This document shows positions 37,789 to 50,265 of a stretch of DNA of 64,000 nucleotides, one piece after another; within the stretch, counting starts at the first letter, position 1, and each line of letters opens with the position of its first letter. The DNA lies in contig JBHGNT010000015.1 of NCBI GenBank assembly GCA_043228905.1, forward strand, positions 18,042,001 through 18,106,000, given 5' to 3'. The DNA is from Azolla caroliniana (lineage: Eukaryota; Plantae; Polypodiophyta). The position numbers were made by a program, and so were the translations under genes. The notes beneath the pieces are model-generated. The model was not told where the DNA came from. It did no database searches and saw only the letters and a list, made by a program, of their open reading frames with translations.

Positions 37789-39971
37789 TGATATAGAGCA
37801 TTCTTGCAGAGGACGTTACTAAATAGGATCGATTCTGGATATAAATGTTTTATCTCGTTAATAGGATCTGGCCTCTTTTATTTGTGCAATGTTTTATCTG
37901 ACATTGAAATGTTTATTTTGCTTAATGAGTTCCACCAATCCCTTGAAATATTTTTGGTTCTGTAAACCTATGAAATATTGTCCTCTCATACTAGGTATCT
38001 TACTTCCAGATTAGTTGGTTCCCCATATTTTGATTTAATTGGTTGTAGATTCTGTTTTTTCAAATGAATCAAATTAACAGAAAATATCATATTCTGCCCA
38101 TCTTAACATCTTGCTTTAAGGTCCATGGCATTTGTGGGTTTATTCAGATTGCATCCAAGCTTCATCATATGTTTGCTTAAAATGATGGTTTAGACCAGCT
38201 TCTCACCTTTCTAGTGAAGCCGTGTAATCATGCTCTTCAAGAGAACAGAAATTGCTTGCGTTTACTTCTCAGAGGTGAATATATATGATGGTATTTGGTC
38301 GCTTTTACTTGGTTTTCGAAATAGTAGGTATGATTCGGGCTTTTTACATGGGTTAATGTTACTTCTCCTTTTGTGTTTAATAGTTATTTCTTATGGCAAC
38401 GTTGTGTGAGTCATGTTGTGAAATGTCTGGTTGCATAATTTAGGATGCCTTTGGACTTGGACCTCATAGGAGGTAAAAGACATGCATTTGTATGATGTTT
38501 CAAACTAGAACATGGATTTCTAAGTGCCCATTATTTTTCTCAGCAATAGTTTAGAATGAGTTGAAGTAAATCAACATTACATCCAATGAATGTCGGGAAC
38601 AATAAATGACATTGTCATTACAAGACCACATTCAATATGTCTTTATGTTTCTATTTTTACACATATAAGTGGCATCCACAAAGTTAGAAGATATAACACT
38701 AGTTGTTTTGGCTGAAGATTCAAATGAAAGATGGATAAGAGACAAAATATGGTCACAAGAATACATGTGGTCAAGCGCATAACCAAAACAATATAGAACG
38801 GTGAACTTTTGGAGGACCAAAATTTAGTAAGTAACATGTAAATAAAGTTTATCTTTCAATAGTATTTTATATTCATTATACTCATATATTCACATGTTAT
38901 CCAAGCCCTCACAATAAATACACGTCACTCCTAATCAGCTAAATACATGATTTTAGGATATCGTCCTCAACATTACTTATACACTTGGCTTCATGTTCCC
39001 AAGCTTTAACCAAAAATAATACTTGCATCTTGAGCTAGATCACTTAATTTGGAGCCTACATTCCATGGATTATCAAAACATGATTTTCAAACTAAGGCAA
39101 TTACAAACTGTCTAGGCTTGTCTTCATCATTCTTGCTCTTTTTGGCTTTGATCTTTTATACCTTCTAACATCCACAATGTTGTTAACTCTTTTCTGACCA
39201 TCTAAGATTAGAGAAGAGATCAACACTAGCTACTATCTTAACATATATTGCAGAATATTTAATCAAGTCTATGCTCCCAAGAGTCTCCACCCTCAATGGA
39301 GGGAAAAAAATAATCTTAGAAGCTCACCACCCTTGATAAAAAAAACTCTCATCCGAAATGAAGTTACTCACCCACCACATTCTCAGAAAATGATTACACC
39401 CCCTTTATCTCACGAGTCACAATAATTTAGTAACTTGCTTGGTCTGATGGTATTATAACACGATGACATTTTGTATCAAGGTATCTGGTGCATTTATGAT
39501 CGAAAGTGAATTATCATCCATACACAAAAGACAGGTTTAAACTCTAGCACCCTAGCCATCAGCTACATCTGCAAATAACAATGACGATACTACAACATGC
39601 ATTAAGACTTTATACTCACTGTGACAATACAATCCGTTTTTTATTACTATGATTTCAAACATTCTTCCAACTCACCATGAACAGCGTGTAAGAACTAGAA
39701 CTGAAAGCAGTTGAACTTAAAAACTGAAATGTCAGGGATTAGATCAAGAGAACAACTCCATGACAATCTCCAGAAAAAACAGTGAAATCAGTTATGGAAA
39801 CACCACAAAATTGGAGGAATCCTGTTAAAAAAAACTATGTAATCACATTATGACCGTGTTCCCGATAAAAATTTAGAGGAAAGCATCATAGTATTATAGA
39901 TGTATATGCCTGGAAGCAACATGCTATTTTGCACTCATTTCTTCAGACGAATCTCAGCAAATACCATATAA

Positions 39972-42739
39972 CTAGGAGTAATAAAGAGGTGATTGAGGTA
40001 GAATATTCTCAACGCCAGTAGGAAACTTTTTGTTCGTTCCAAAGGATTTCCCTTTGCTTGTTTTTCCTTCACCCCATTGGTGTACATCTTCTGGTTCCTC
40101 ATCCCTGAACACAAAGAGTCCTGAATTCTCGTCATTCCTCTTCTCAACAAGAACCTTTCCTTTGGACGCATCTTCAAATGTTTCATCATCCCTATATACA
40201 CCAAATGCTTGTTGTTCTGTATCTATTGCTTCATCATCTTTGAATACAAAGAAACCAGACTCTTTGTGTACATCTTCACCAGTTTTTGCAAGAATATCTT
40301 CCGGCCTTTCATCATCAAATACAACAAAAGGCGTTTCTTCATTCTTACCTGATGAATAACCAAGCTCTGATGGACAATCAGAGTCACTAAAGACTGAAAG
40401 CTCAAAAGGTTGGGATTGGAAGCGTTGCATCTTGCTACTATTTACTGGGCTCGAAGAGAATAAAAGTTGATTATCTGTGGATTTTTTAGCTTCCTTCTTA
40501 TTTCCAATATCCATCGGTTCCCGGAACATGGAAAGAATATACTGTATTGCTTCCTTTGTATTGACAGTGGGATCAACAAGACCATGATGTTGTGCATCCT
40601 CGAAATCCTTCTCTTTTCCAGTGATTGCCTTGGCAGCAAAGTTCCTAATTTGAATAGTTTCATCACCGAATGAACCTATCGTTGCTTTATCTGAGATTTG
40701 TTCAAGCAAATGATTCGAGGAAGAAACACGACTACTCTGCATATCTTTTCCAGCAGAGTTTGCAGTATTCTTGCACATGTTTGTAAGCCGTAGTTCTTCA
40801 AAGCTCATATCCAAGCCTTCTTGTGTATACCAATCAGAAGAAAGGAGATGGGCTCTTGAAACAGATTCAATACCACCATGGTGGCCATCACCCATCTGCT
40901 TCATCTCATCATCTCTAGTGTGCATGTGCTTATTGTTACCATTAACTTCTTCCTTTGTGTTTACATTTTCATCGAGGTAAGTCTTGATAGTATGATGATC
41001 AAGTTGATCCTGTCATAGACCAGGGCCCAAGCACATAAAATGGACTTTCTCTGATCTTGTTAGTGTACGCATGCAAGTATGCATGAAATGAAGGTTAATT
41101 GATATAAATAGAATACACATAATCATATGCATTAACCGAGGGTTGATTGTTACATATAACCTATTGGTATTATAAACACACAATTGATACATAGATCTGA
41201 TGTTAATTAGAATAATATAGTCAGTTGAAAGAAATATTGTAATTAACAGTGAATCCTTACATTCTAGCACTAATACAACCATAGAGATACAGAAAGAAAC
41301 AAAGAGAAAATCAAGTGGAATTTACTTGTTTGCGTTTCTTGCGTGAATCCATGCGTTCTCTGAAGAGTTTATAGCTGTGGATGAGTTTCTCAGCAGGCTG
41401 AGCTTGTCTGCCAAATGATGTGACATGGAAGTATTATGATGCTGATAGTAGTATTTAAGACAAATAAAAAGACACGAGAGTTTTGTTTACAAACCTAGAG
41501 AGACCACGTTTGTAGATGTTGTTGGCATCACCAAACCTCCTCTTAGCTTCAAGACAAGTTGCATACGCTTCATAGAACAGAGCGTGATCATGTCCCACAC
41601 CTTTCTCATCCAACTCTGCGATGACTTTCAGAGGCTCAGGGCTGCAGTCGGCCTAAAAAAAGCAAGCAGAAACAGAAAGATTAGGGCTTAATACTTGATG
41701 AAAAGACAGTATCACCATGCACAAAAGCTTATGTTTTGCAGAGCCTATGCAGATAAACAATACAGACAGTAAAAGGAAACATTTTTTACATACGTATTGA
41801 ATGCAGATCTTCAAAAATCGGATATCTTTGACGTAGCGTTCATCATCTTGGAACTGTTTGACGCAATCAGTAACGAAAGGGAAGATCTTGGCCTTGTCGT
41901 TAGGGAAAGATTGTTTTATTTGACGGATTGACCTGTATTTAAAGACAAACAGACAGTTATGATGACTCTTATCAACCTAAGAGAGGGAGCACAATTTATA
42001 GGTAGTGTCATTAAAAGGGAAGGAAAACAGGAGTTTCTCTCTTTCAACCCAAGAGAGGAACTATAGTTCAGACACAATGACATTGAAAGGAAACGAAAAG
42101 TAGAATCCCGCTCGCTATTCCTACAGTGTTACAGTAAATCAGATGCTATGGCGTAAAAAAGGGACGGGGGACGGGAATGACAAATTTCTGTCTTCTGATC
42201 TCTCTCTCTCAACATAGAAACCACATGTTACTAATGGCATACACAAAAGGAAGAGCACGTCTATATTCTGTCTTTTGATCGCTCTCTCTCTCTCTCAACA
42301 TAGAAACCACAGGTCACTAATGGCATACACAAAAGGAAGGGCAGGTCTATGTTCTGTCTTCTGATCTCTGTTGTGGCATAACAGACCACAATTCTCATGC
42401 AATGGCATACAAGAAAGAAGAACATGCCTAGGTTCACCTTTCTAATCTCTCTCGCCTTAAATAGAAACCATTATTTGGAAGAGAAAGGCATACAAAAGAA
42501 AGAAAGAAAGAAAGAATGTACTCAGCCTCCGTCATCTGTATCTCTATCTATCTATCTACCGCACAGAAAGCAACTCAATAAACGTTTCACGCACTGTTTC
42601 TGAAAAGAGAAACATGAAGAAGGAGGAGGAGGAGGAGGAGGAGGAGGAAATGAAGAAAGGAAAGGAAGAGAAGGGAAGGAGGGAGAGGGAGGTACCTGAG
42701 CCAAGGCAGGAGAGCATCGTCGGCTGTTGCAGACACCAT
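39972..42739 (-). CDS. BUB1/MAD3-family spindle checkpoint protein without kinase domain (BMF3/MAD3.2-like), 5 exons
   Basis: Exons 42739-42696 (MVSATADDALLPWLR), 41932-~41794 (FQDDERYVKDIRFLKICIQY), ~41652-41495 (GVGHDHALFYEAYA...IYKRGL) and ~41408-41327 (AQPAEKL) encode the Mad3/Bub1 TPR domain. The last exon (~41009-39972) contains MSFEELR, HHGLVDPTVNTKEA...MF and FxxF/YxDE repeats. Confidence 0.85.
42187..42500. repeat. Degenerate ~75-80-bp tandem repeat (3-4 copies) in intron 1 of the BUB1/MAD3-like gene
   Basis: Recurring tctgtcttctgatctctc...catagaaaccac...aatggcatacacaaaaggaag. Confidence 0.7.
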
Positions 42740-42969
42740 AGCCGTGGCAGACGCAGATCAGAAGAAGAAGAAGAAAAATCAGAACTCCGAAGAAGAAGAA
42801 GAATGAATCAGAAGAAGAAGAAGAAAAATCAGAACTCCGAAGAAGAAGAAGAATGAAGAAGAAGAAGAATGAAGAAGAAGAAGAAGAAGAAGAATGAAGA
42901 TTGGCTAAGAAGAATTTGAAATTTGTATTTATACGTTGTGTGCCTGCCAAAACGGTTTCACACCTGCGC

Positions 42970-43188
42970 CCATCTTTCTGTCCGGCCCAAAAAGCCCCAT
43001 CCGTACATCTTTTGTCCGCTCAAAATCAAACCCCCCCCCCCCCCCCCAATCCTTACATCCTCCTGTCCGCCCACCTTTTGTCCGCCCAAAAACCCCATCC
43101 TTACATCTTTCTGTCCGCCCAAACCCCTCGTCTCCGGCTTTCGTTCCGTCCTACGCATAACTAAAATACCCTTTTCACACATAAACCT

Positions 43189-43227
<39 letters not shown>

Positions 43228-43425
43228 GGCCCAAAATGCCCCATCCGTACATCTTTTTTGTCCATACATCTCTTGTCCACTCAAAAAAACCCTTCTGTCC
43301 GCCCAAAAACCCCATCCTTACATCTTTCTGTCCATCCAAACCCCTCTTCTCCGGCTTTCATTCCGTCCTACGCGTAACTAAAAAAACCTGTTCACACATA
43401 AACCTTGAATCTCTCTCTCTCTCTT
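42970..43425. repeat. ~240-bp duplicated block built from ccgcccaaaa-cccatcc-tacatctt subrepeats
   Basis: The block ending ...ttccgtcctacgc.taactaaaa...ttcacacataaacct occurs twice (near 43140 and 43360), immediately upstream of the BUB1/MAD3-like gene. Confidence 0.75.
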
Positions 43426-44242
43426 TCGATGAATGGGTAAATACCCCATTTTTATTGTAAACCAATTGTCTCATGGGCCAATTTTGGTCTTAGAAGACGT
43501 TAATGTATCTTTCTTTCTTTCTTTTCTTTCACATGTATCACGTGAAATGTTATATTTTTCCTCTCATAGGTCATATTTTACCTCCGAATACGATAATAGA
43601 ATATATCTATCAATCTCTGCCCATCGCTCGTATGTATTTGACATTCGAGTATGATAATTAAATCTTACTTGTTGGTCCCACACATCATATTTGTCTTCGA
43701 CAGACACATCCAAGGACTCTCATAAAATCCCTCTCTTTGTCGTCACTGGTTCCATTGTTCGAATCCTCTCTTTTCTTTTTCTTTTGAAAAAAAATCATGT
43801 AAATTTCATTGTTCCTAACTTCTTAGCCTTCTCTACTTGTCTATATTAGTAGCGGGACATCTCGTAATGCCATTATGAACCCTGAATATGCGTTTTTTTA
43901 AAGGAAATGATCGTCCCCATGCCAACTATCGAAAGCATATTTCAAATGTGTTGCACCTCGCAATATGGTAAATATTGGAACAAGATCTCCAACTCATCAT
44001 CTAAACCGTTGTTGTGAAGTAACGTGGGCACGGTGTGGAAATTGTGTGAAAAGGGGGCTAGAAGACAACGTTCAAATGTGGAAGAGAAAGGGCCCAAGAT
44101 GTAGGAAAGAGGAGTGTGTGAATGTGGGATAAGGAAAAGTAAGAGAGAGAGAAAGAGAGATACACTAACTTCTTCTAAGACCAAAATTGGCCCATGAGAC
44201 CATTGATTTATAACAAAAATGGAGTATTTACCCATTCATCGA
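43426..44242. mobile_element. Non-autonomous TIR element (MITE or MULE-like) with ~90-bp imperfect TIRs
   Basis: tcgatgaatgggtaaatac...tctcatgggccaattttggtcttagaaga at the left end is inverted at 44160-44242. No ORF; TSD not resolved. Confidence 0.7.
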
Positions 44243-47200
44243 GAGAAGAGAGTAAAAAAGCACAAAAGCCATGTAATAAAGTTGGTGATAATGAGAGGTG
44301 AAAGGTCTAGGGGTTAAAACCCTTCACTTTCACTCTATATTAATTGGTCAAAGATCAAATGTTTAAAGGATCCTTTTTAAGGAGCCTTTATTCCCTTCGA
44401 AAAGAGAGGGAATAAAGAGCATTGAATGTAAAGTGGCTTCACTAATCTTCGTCTTCCTTTTTTTCTGGTTTTCTTCTTGATTTATATTAGTTTCTTGGAG
44501 CTCTTGTTTTCCTCTCTTCCACCTTACTTGACACAAGGCGTATTCGTCATTGCGTGTTCATGTACCCGTTCACCGTAGCAAGTTCAAGTGCTTCCGTTCG
44601 GGTGAATCATTCGTGGCGTTGGTGTAAGCGCATCCACGTTCGCCATTGCAAGCCCGAGAGCTTGTCGTTCGTGTGGTCGTGTAATCGTCTTCGAAGAGTT
44701 CATGCTGACGGATTTCTATCTCCCTCCCTCTTTTAGCTCCGTTGGTCTTACAAATCTCGTGCGGTATTGTCGTGTCAAACCAAGCCCGCCCTAAGTGTCG
44801 TAATTGTAATCCCTACTTGTTGAATCTTGCATAAAGAAATTGTGTTTTTGGTGTCTGAATCTTGGTTCCCTTTCTCTCATCGCAACGGACATCGTGCTCC
44901 CCTTTTTGTGTGTTTGGAAGCTCCTTGTCAGAGTCCGTGGCATGTTAAACCCATGGTCGTGTTTGCGGAAGAAGTGTCGTCAACCGTGACGCCGTCCGTA
45001 GTTAGCATACGTCGAGCCTGATAACTCAACGTTTGTCAAACCCAAATGAACAAAGACTCCACGGGTCGAAAACATTGAAAGAGTGAACCATTCAATGAAC
45101 GAACGTTCGGCACGTGAACCTCCGGAGAGTGAGCATCTTATGAGTCGAAAGATTGACGAGGCTCAAGCTCTTTTTCCCCATCTCCAACTCCCTAGTCCAT
45201 GAACCCCATGATCCCACCCAAATGACACCTTAACACGAAATCTTCACGACACAAATTTGAATATATCGATCAAAATCCCATTGTTGAGGCAACAAATAAT
45301 AACAAGATAGCACTTGCCAAATCTCTTATAAGCACTTCCAAATTATATGAGCTATAAGACATTTCATGAACCTATGTGTACTTTCTTCCAATCGAATGAT
45401 GCAAAAGAGGTATGTACTTGACTTTAATCCTCATTTGCTAAAGGTTGAATCTAATGGGAATTTACCAATCATCACTCTCCATATGAATATTGTTGCATGA
45501 TATGGCAAATGGGAATGTCAACCACCTTGCATTTGAGTTACGTACATTCCACACTTTCTACTTAATCTACCAATTTGAAACCAACACCATTTTCTTTCAT
45601 CCGCAAAGATCCATGCAATAATGGTATATCGTGTAATTTCTCCCAAACAACTCCATAATCATCATTTAGCCTCTTCAAATTCTGACAACCTTTGGGATTC
45701 ACTATCAATCACATCCCCCAATTCTATATTTGTCTATCAAAGCAAACGATTAAATTGAGATATCAACTTCTCATTTCCATGTCAGTGTAATAATTAAGAA
45801 TAAACAACCAAATCATTTTTTAATGAATTACAAAGCTCTCGATCACTTGATGGTGCCCACTCAAAAAAAAGATAAAGGCATCTTGCAAGAGCTTTCCAAT
45901 TGTTGAGCACATATTGAACGTTGAATCTTAAGAGGAATGCATCCATTCAGCAATGGCCACCACGATGCTTGATTCTTAGTAATGCAAGTTTGGGCACAAT
46001 TTACCGTATCTTCAAGATTACATATATGTATATAGGAGGAAGTCTCACCTTATTTATTGTACGGAGAGTGATTTTGAATGATTGGGATAATAAGGGCCAG
46101 TGAATACATAAGGATAAGGTATCGATTGGGTGTTGTTGTTGTAAATGTTCAAGTGATTGGCTAGTTTGACTCTAAATTGAATGACAAATGTATGAATTGG
46201 AAGTCTCAAATATGACCATTTCATATGCAACTCAAAGTGGTTCAATTTTTCTTGGTACCCATGTTATTATATTTGACCTTTGAAGATGATAATAAATATT
46301 TGTACCTCTAATGGATCTTGGAAGAAGTTATGGCCAAGATGGTACAAATATGATACAATGGAAGGGATTAAGTGATGGCTAAACATGAAAACATGCATAG
46401 TCTAAAAGCCATTATATATATGGTCTATGATATGATACTTCTGGTTTCACTTTTCTTCGAAGCATGATACCATTCAATTGTACCCTCCTTGTAACAAGTT
46501 ATTTGAATGCAAACTAAGAGTTTAGGGTTTAGGGTTTACTTTTAGTGTTAATCCCTTTACATTTGCAGTGGAGAAATGATGGGTTCTTCAATGGGCATGC
46601 ATTGATTGTAAGGTGCAATCAATGAGTTGAAATCTATTTGGTGGATAAATGCAGTAAAACAGGATTTTCAGTAATGAAGGCAAAAGAAGGATGATGAAAT
46701 GTGTTTCAAGATATGCAACTTTCACTTTCCAGACACGAGGCTTCAAAACGATGGCAAACGCTTATAACGGAAAAGCATTGCATCCTAAAGAGTGATACGT
46801 AGGTATTTTCTTGATTTACCATGTGTATATTTACAAGCTCGCTTTAAGTACTCACACAAATGATGGCATAGCGTCATAGTGATAATGCTTGAGCTTTACA
46901 ACACAGGTTTGACTGTTGAGAAATGCTAACAGAAGGATTGTGCTAATATAAATGTGTCAATGATATACTGGCTATTCTGATGGGTATCCAATGATAATTG
47001 GATATCACCTCTTATTGGCTACCATAAACATTTTATCTTTTCATTGCATTTTTTTCTTTACAAAGACAGCATCGCGTAATAGGCTTTTCTTTGCACGTCA
47101 ATATAACTTGCATTCTTTCCATCATGAGAGCTCAAAGAATGTATTTTTGAGCATCTACAGGTTTGAGCTAAGCTTTTAGCTCATTACCTACACCTCCCAT

Positions 47201-47598
47201 TACGAGGATCGGCAGACCTTTGAGTTGAAGTTAAATCTTGGCTTTGAATAGTTGCATTGGTTGGCAGCCTCTTGTATTAAAGGAAACTTGGTTTAGGGAA
47301 CTCACGATAGTCATCACTTTTGGCTACTGATTTGTGCCTGGTATCTGGTATCTTAGAAAGCACATGAGGTTCCTGGCTCCATTATATCCCTTTGTTGTAA
47401 TCGTGCATTGATGTTCTTCTTAATATGCATTCTCAGGACAATCGTTAACTGTTTAATCCTGGTTTCATTTAGTTGCATATGGCTTCACATAAACCCATAT
47501 GCACCCACAACTTATTGATCTGCAAAAATAATATATTTGGCCTTGTTTTCTATCCTAACAAGAAGTTTTTTTTATACAGCAAAAGCGCACTCCCTTTC

Positions 47599-50265
47599 TC
47601 AACCCCCATAAACAGGGTCATATATGTTGTCTGGTAAAGTTGCAACAAATCTTTCACTCAAAAGTAAAGCATGTTCAAAGGCTTTTTTACCAACACATAC
47701 ATTCCCTGAACTTTTACAGCCACTCAAAAGTGTGTGCCATATTTCTGGATTACAAGAGAAAGGCATTCTCTCGATCATTTCTATGGCACCCTGTATTTCT
47801 CCTGAACGGCAAAGAAGGTCAATCACACAACTATGATGTTCAAGACTTGGACTTATGCCATAGTCCTTGCTCATCGATTCAAAGTATGTTTGGCTTCTCT
47901 GAAATAGTAATACACGAGTGCATGTATTTAGAAGGATAATGAATGTGATTAAATCAGGCTTTGTATGATTAGCTATCATTTCATTGAATAGGGAGAAAAT
48001 ATTCTCGCTATCACCAATTTGGGCATATCCCGCAATCAATGCATTCCAAGAGGCCACATCTTTTACTGGGAGCCTGTTGAAAATTTGATTTGCAATGGTC
48101 AGACAACCACATTTCGCATACATGTCAATTAGAGTGTTAATGATAGCCACGTCACTTTCCACAAAACCTTTCTTCATTATTTCCATGTGTATGTTCTGGC
48201 CTTTTTCTATGGATCCTATACTGCAACAAGCTTTTAAACCTGAAAGATATGTAACTGCATCAGAAGAGATATTATCGAGTTTCATTCGTTCAAAACATCT
48301 TAGTGCTTCCTTATAATATCCATGTTCAACATATCCTGATATAAGAGCATTCCATGACACTATATCATGTTCTTGAAGCTTCTCAAACACATGTTGTGCT
48401 TTTGCAAGTGAGCCTCCTTTACTAAACAAATCAATCAAAGTACTTTGAAGGAAAGGATTCATGCACACACTTGTATTTGCAATATTATTATATATCTGCT
48501 GGCCCTTAAAAGTAGCTCCAATGCATGCACACGCTTTTAGGACACATGTCATAGCAATAGCATCTGGCATAAGCCCTTCAAATTGCATCTCTTCGAAACA
48601 TCTAAGAGCTTCCTTAGTATGACCATGCTCTGCATACCCTGCTATCAATGCATTCCACGATATTGTATCACGGATCAAAAGCTTATCAAACACTTCTTGT
48701 GCTCTTGTAAGTGAACCACATTTGACATACGTATCAACCAATGTGCTCACTACAATAGGATTTGATTCCAACAATCCCTCTATCTCAATCATAGCATGCA
48801 TTTCACTACCCTTATTCACATCTCCTACTATTCCACATGCTTTCAATATAGATACTGATGTGGCTCCATCGGGGTGGATGCCTTCAACTTGCATCTGCCT
48901 GAAATGCTCCAGTGCCTTCTCACAACAACCATGCCGAACACATCCTGTAATAAGAATATTCCACGAGACAGTGTCCCGCACCAAAAGTTTGTCGAAAATT
49001 TCATGTCCTTTAGCAAGCAAGCCACACTTGAAATACATATCAACCAAGATGTTGCTAAAGACAATATCCTTTTGGAGCAGCCCTTTTCGTTCGATCTCGG
49101 CATGTATTTCTATCCCCTTGTAAGGATCTTCCTCACTTCGACAAGCTTTTAAACCGCAAATGAATGTGACTCTATCTGGAAGAATTCCTTCATGTTGCAT
49201 TTCTTCATAACATTTCAATGCTTCTTCACCATATCCATACTCAACATACCCTGACATAAGGGAATTCCAAGATATTATATCTCTAACTAGAAGTGTATCA
49301 AATACTTCTTGTGCTTTTGAGACAAAACCACATTTTGCATACATATCCACCAACGCATTGCTGACAAAGCTATTGTTCTTCAGAAAACCTTTCCTTTCAA
49401 CTTCGATGTGTATATTGTGACCCTTCTCTCTCGCTCCTATTTCTCCACAAGCTTTCAAGCTATAAACATATGTGATAACATCTGGGTATACACCCTTCAC
49501 TTGCATCTTGTCAAAACACTTCAGAACCTCATTGCCCTGACCAAGCTCGGCATATCCACCGATCAGCGAGTTCCATGATATCACATTTGGTGCTGGAAGC
49601 TTTCTAAATATGTCTAGTGCCATAGCCATCCATCCCTTTTTAGCATACATATGAACCAAAGCATTGCCAACACATGCCTCTCTTTCCAATAACCCTAACC
49701 TTTCAACTTGCACGTGTATTTCTCGACCCTTGACTATACCTCCTATACCACAGCAAGCTTTCAAGCCACAAATAAAAGTGATTGCATTTGGAAAGAGACC
49801 TTCACCTTGCATTTGATCAAAACACTCGAGTGCTAATTCACCTTGTCCATGTGTTATATACCCTGTCATAAGTGTGTTCCATGACGCAATGTCTCGTTCG
49901 GGGAGGGAATCAAACACTTCTTGTGCAATGCCAAGCAATCCAACCTTAGTATACATATGAACTACACTATTTCCAACACTAAGGTCTTGTTGCAACAAAC
50001 CATTTCTTTTAACCTCTGCATGTATCTCTCGGCCTCTTTCAATAGCCCCCAGATTTCCACAAGCTTTCAAGCTCAAAACAAATGTGATAGCGTCAGGCAA
50101 AACACCCTCAATTTGCATGTTCTCCATACATGCGAGAACCTTTTCACAATGCCCATACTTAGTATAGACTCCAATGAGACGATTCCATGCAAAAATATTT
50201 CGAATTGGTATCTTTTCAAACACTTGCAGAGCTCCAGAAGAAGCAGAGCTGCATACAGAAGGCAT
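47599..50265 (-). CDS. PLS-class pentatricopeptide repeat protein (organellar RNA-editing-factor type) ending in a partial E domain, no DYW
   Basis: Intronless 888-aa ORF of P-L-S triplets (NALVDMYAKCG...AQEVFD, ISWNSLMSGY, TFICGLKAC). It ends PSLEHHSCVIDLLCRSG...MPF...WHTLLSGCK followed by an early stop. The 5' region is disrupted, so it may be a pseudogene. Confidence 0.85.
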   Translation of the reverse strand: MPSVCSSASSGALQVFEKIPIRNIFAWNRLIGVYTKYGHCEKVLACMENMQIEGVLPDAITFVLSLKACGNLGAIERGREIHAEVKRNGLLQQDLSVGNSVVHMYTKVGLLGIAQEVFDSLPERDIASWNTLMTGYITHGQGELALECFDQMQGEGLFPNAITFICGLKACCGIGGIVKGREIHVQVERLGLLEREACVGNALVHMYAKKGWMAMALDIFRKLPAPNVISWNSLIGGYAELGQGNEVLKCFDKMQVKGVYPDVITYVYSLKACGEIGAREKGHNIHIEVERKGFLKNNSFVSNALVDMYAKCGFVSKAQEVFDTLLVRDIISWNSLMSGYVEYGYGEEALKCYEEMQHEGILPDRVTFICGLKACRSEEDPYKGIEIHAEIERKGLLQKDIVFSNILVDMYFKCGLLAKGHEIFDKLLVRDTVSWNILITGCVRHGCCEKALEHFRQMQVEGIHPDGATSVSILKACGIVGDVNKGSEMHAMIEIEGLLESNPIVVSTLVDTYVKCGSLTRAQEVFDKLLIRDTISWNALIAGYAEHGHTKEALRCFEEMQFEGLMPDAIAMTCVLKACACIGATFKGQQIYNNIANTSVCMNPFLQSTLIDLFSKGGSLAKAQHVFEKLQEHDIVSWNALISGYVEHGYYKEALRCFERMKLDNISSDAVTYLSGLKACCSIGSIEKGQNIHMEIMKKGFVESDVAIINTLIDMYAKCGCLTIANQIFNRLPVKDVASWNALIAGYAQIGDSENIFSLFNEMIANHTKPDLITFIILLNTCTRVLLFQRSQTYFESMSKDYGISPSLEHHSCVIDLLCRSGEIQGAIEMIERMPFSCNPEIWHTLLSGCKSSGNVCVGKKAFEHALLLSERFVATLPDNIYDPVYGG

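Noticed and set aside
38000-39970. Downstream BUB1 kinase exons
   Set aside because: No kinase motifs or plausible coding exons were seen on the minus strand.
44530-46300. Possible degenerate LINE (GC-rich 5' region with decayed coding sequence)
   Set aside because: No endonuclease or RT motif is identifiable by eye.
46521-46538. Interstitial telomere repeat TTTAGGG
   Set aside because: Only about 2.5 units, which is too short to call.
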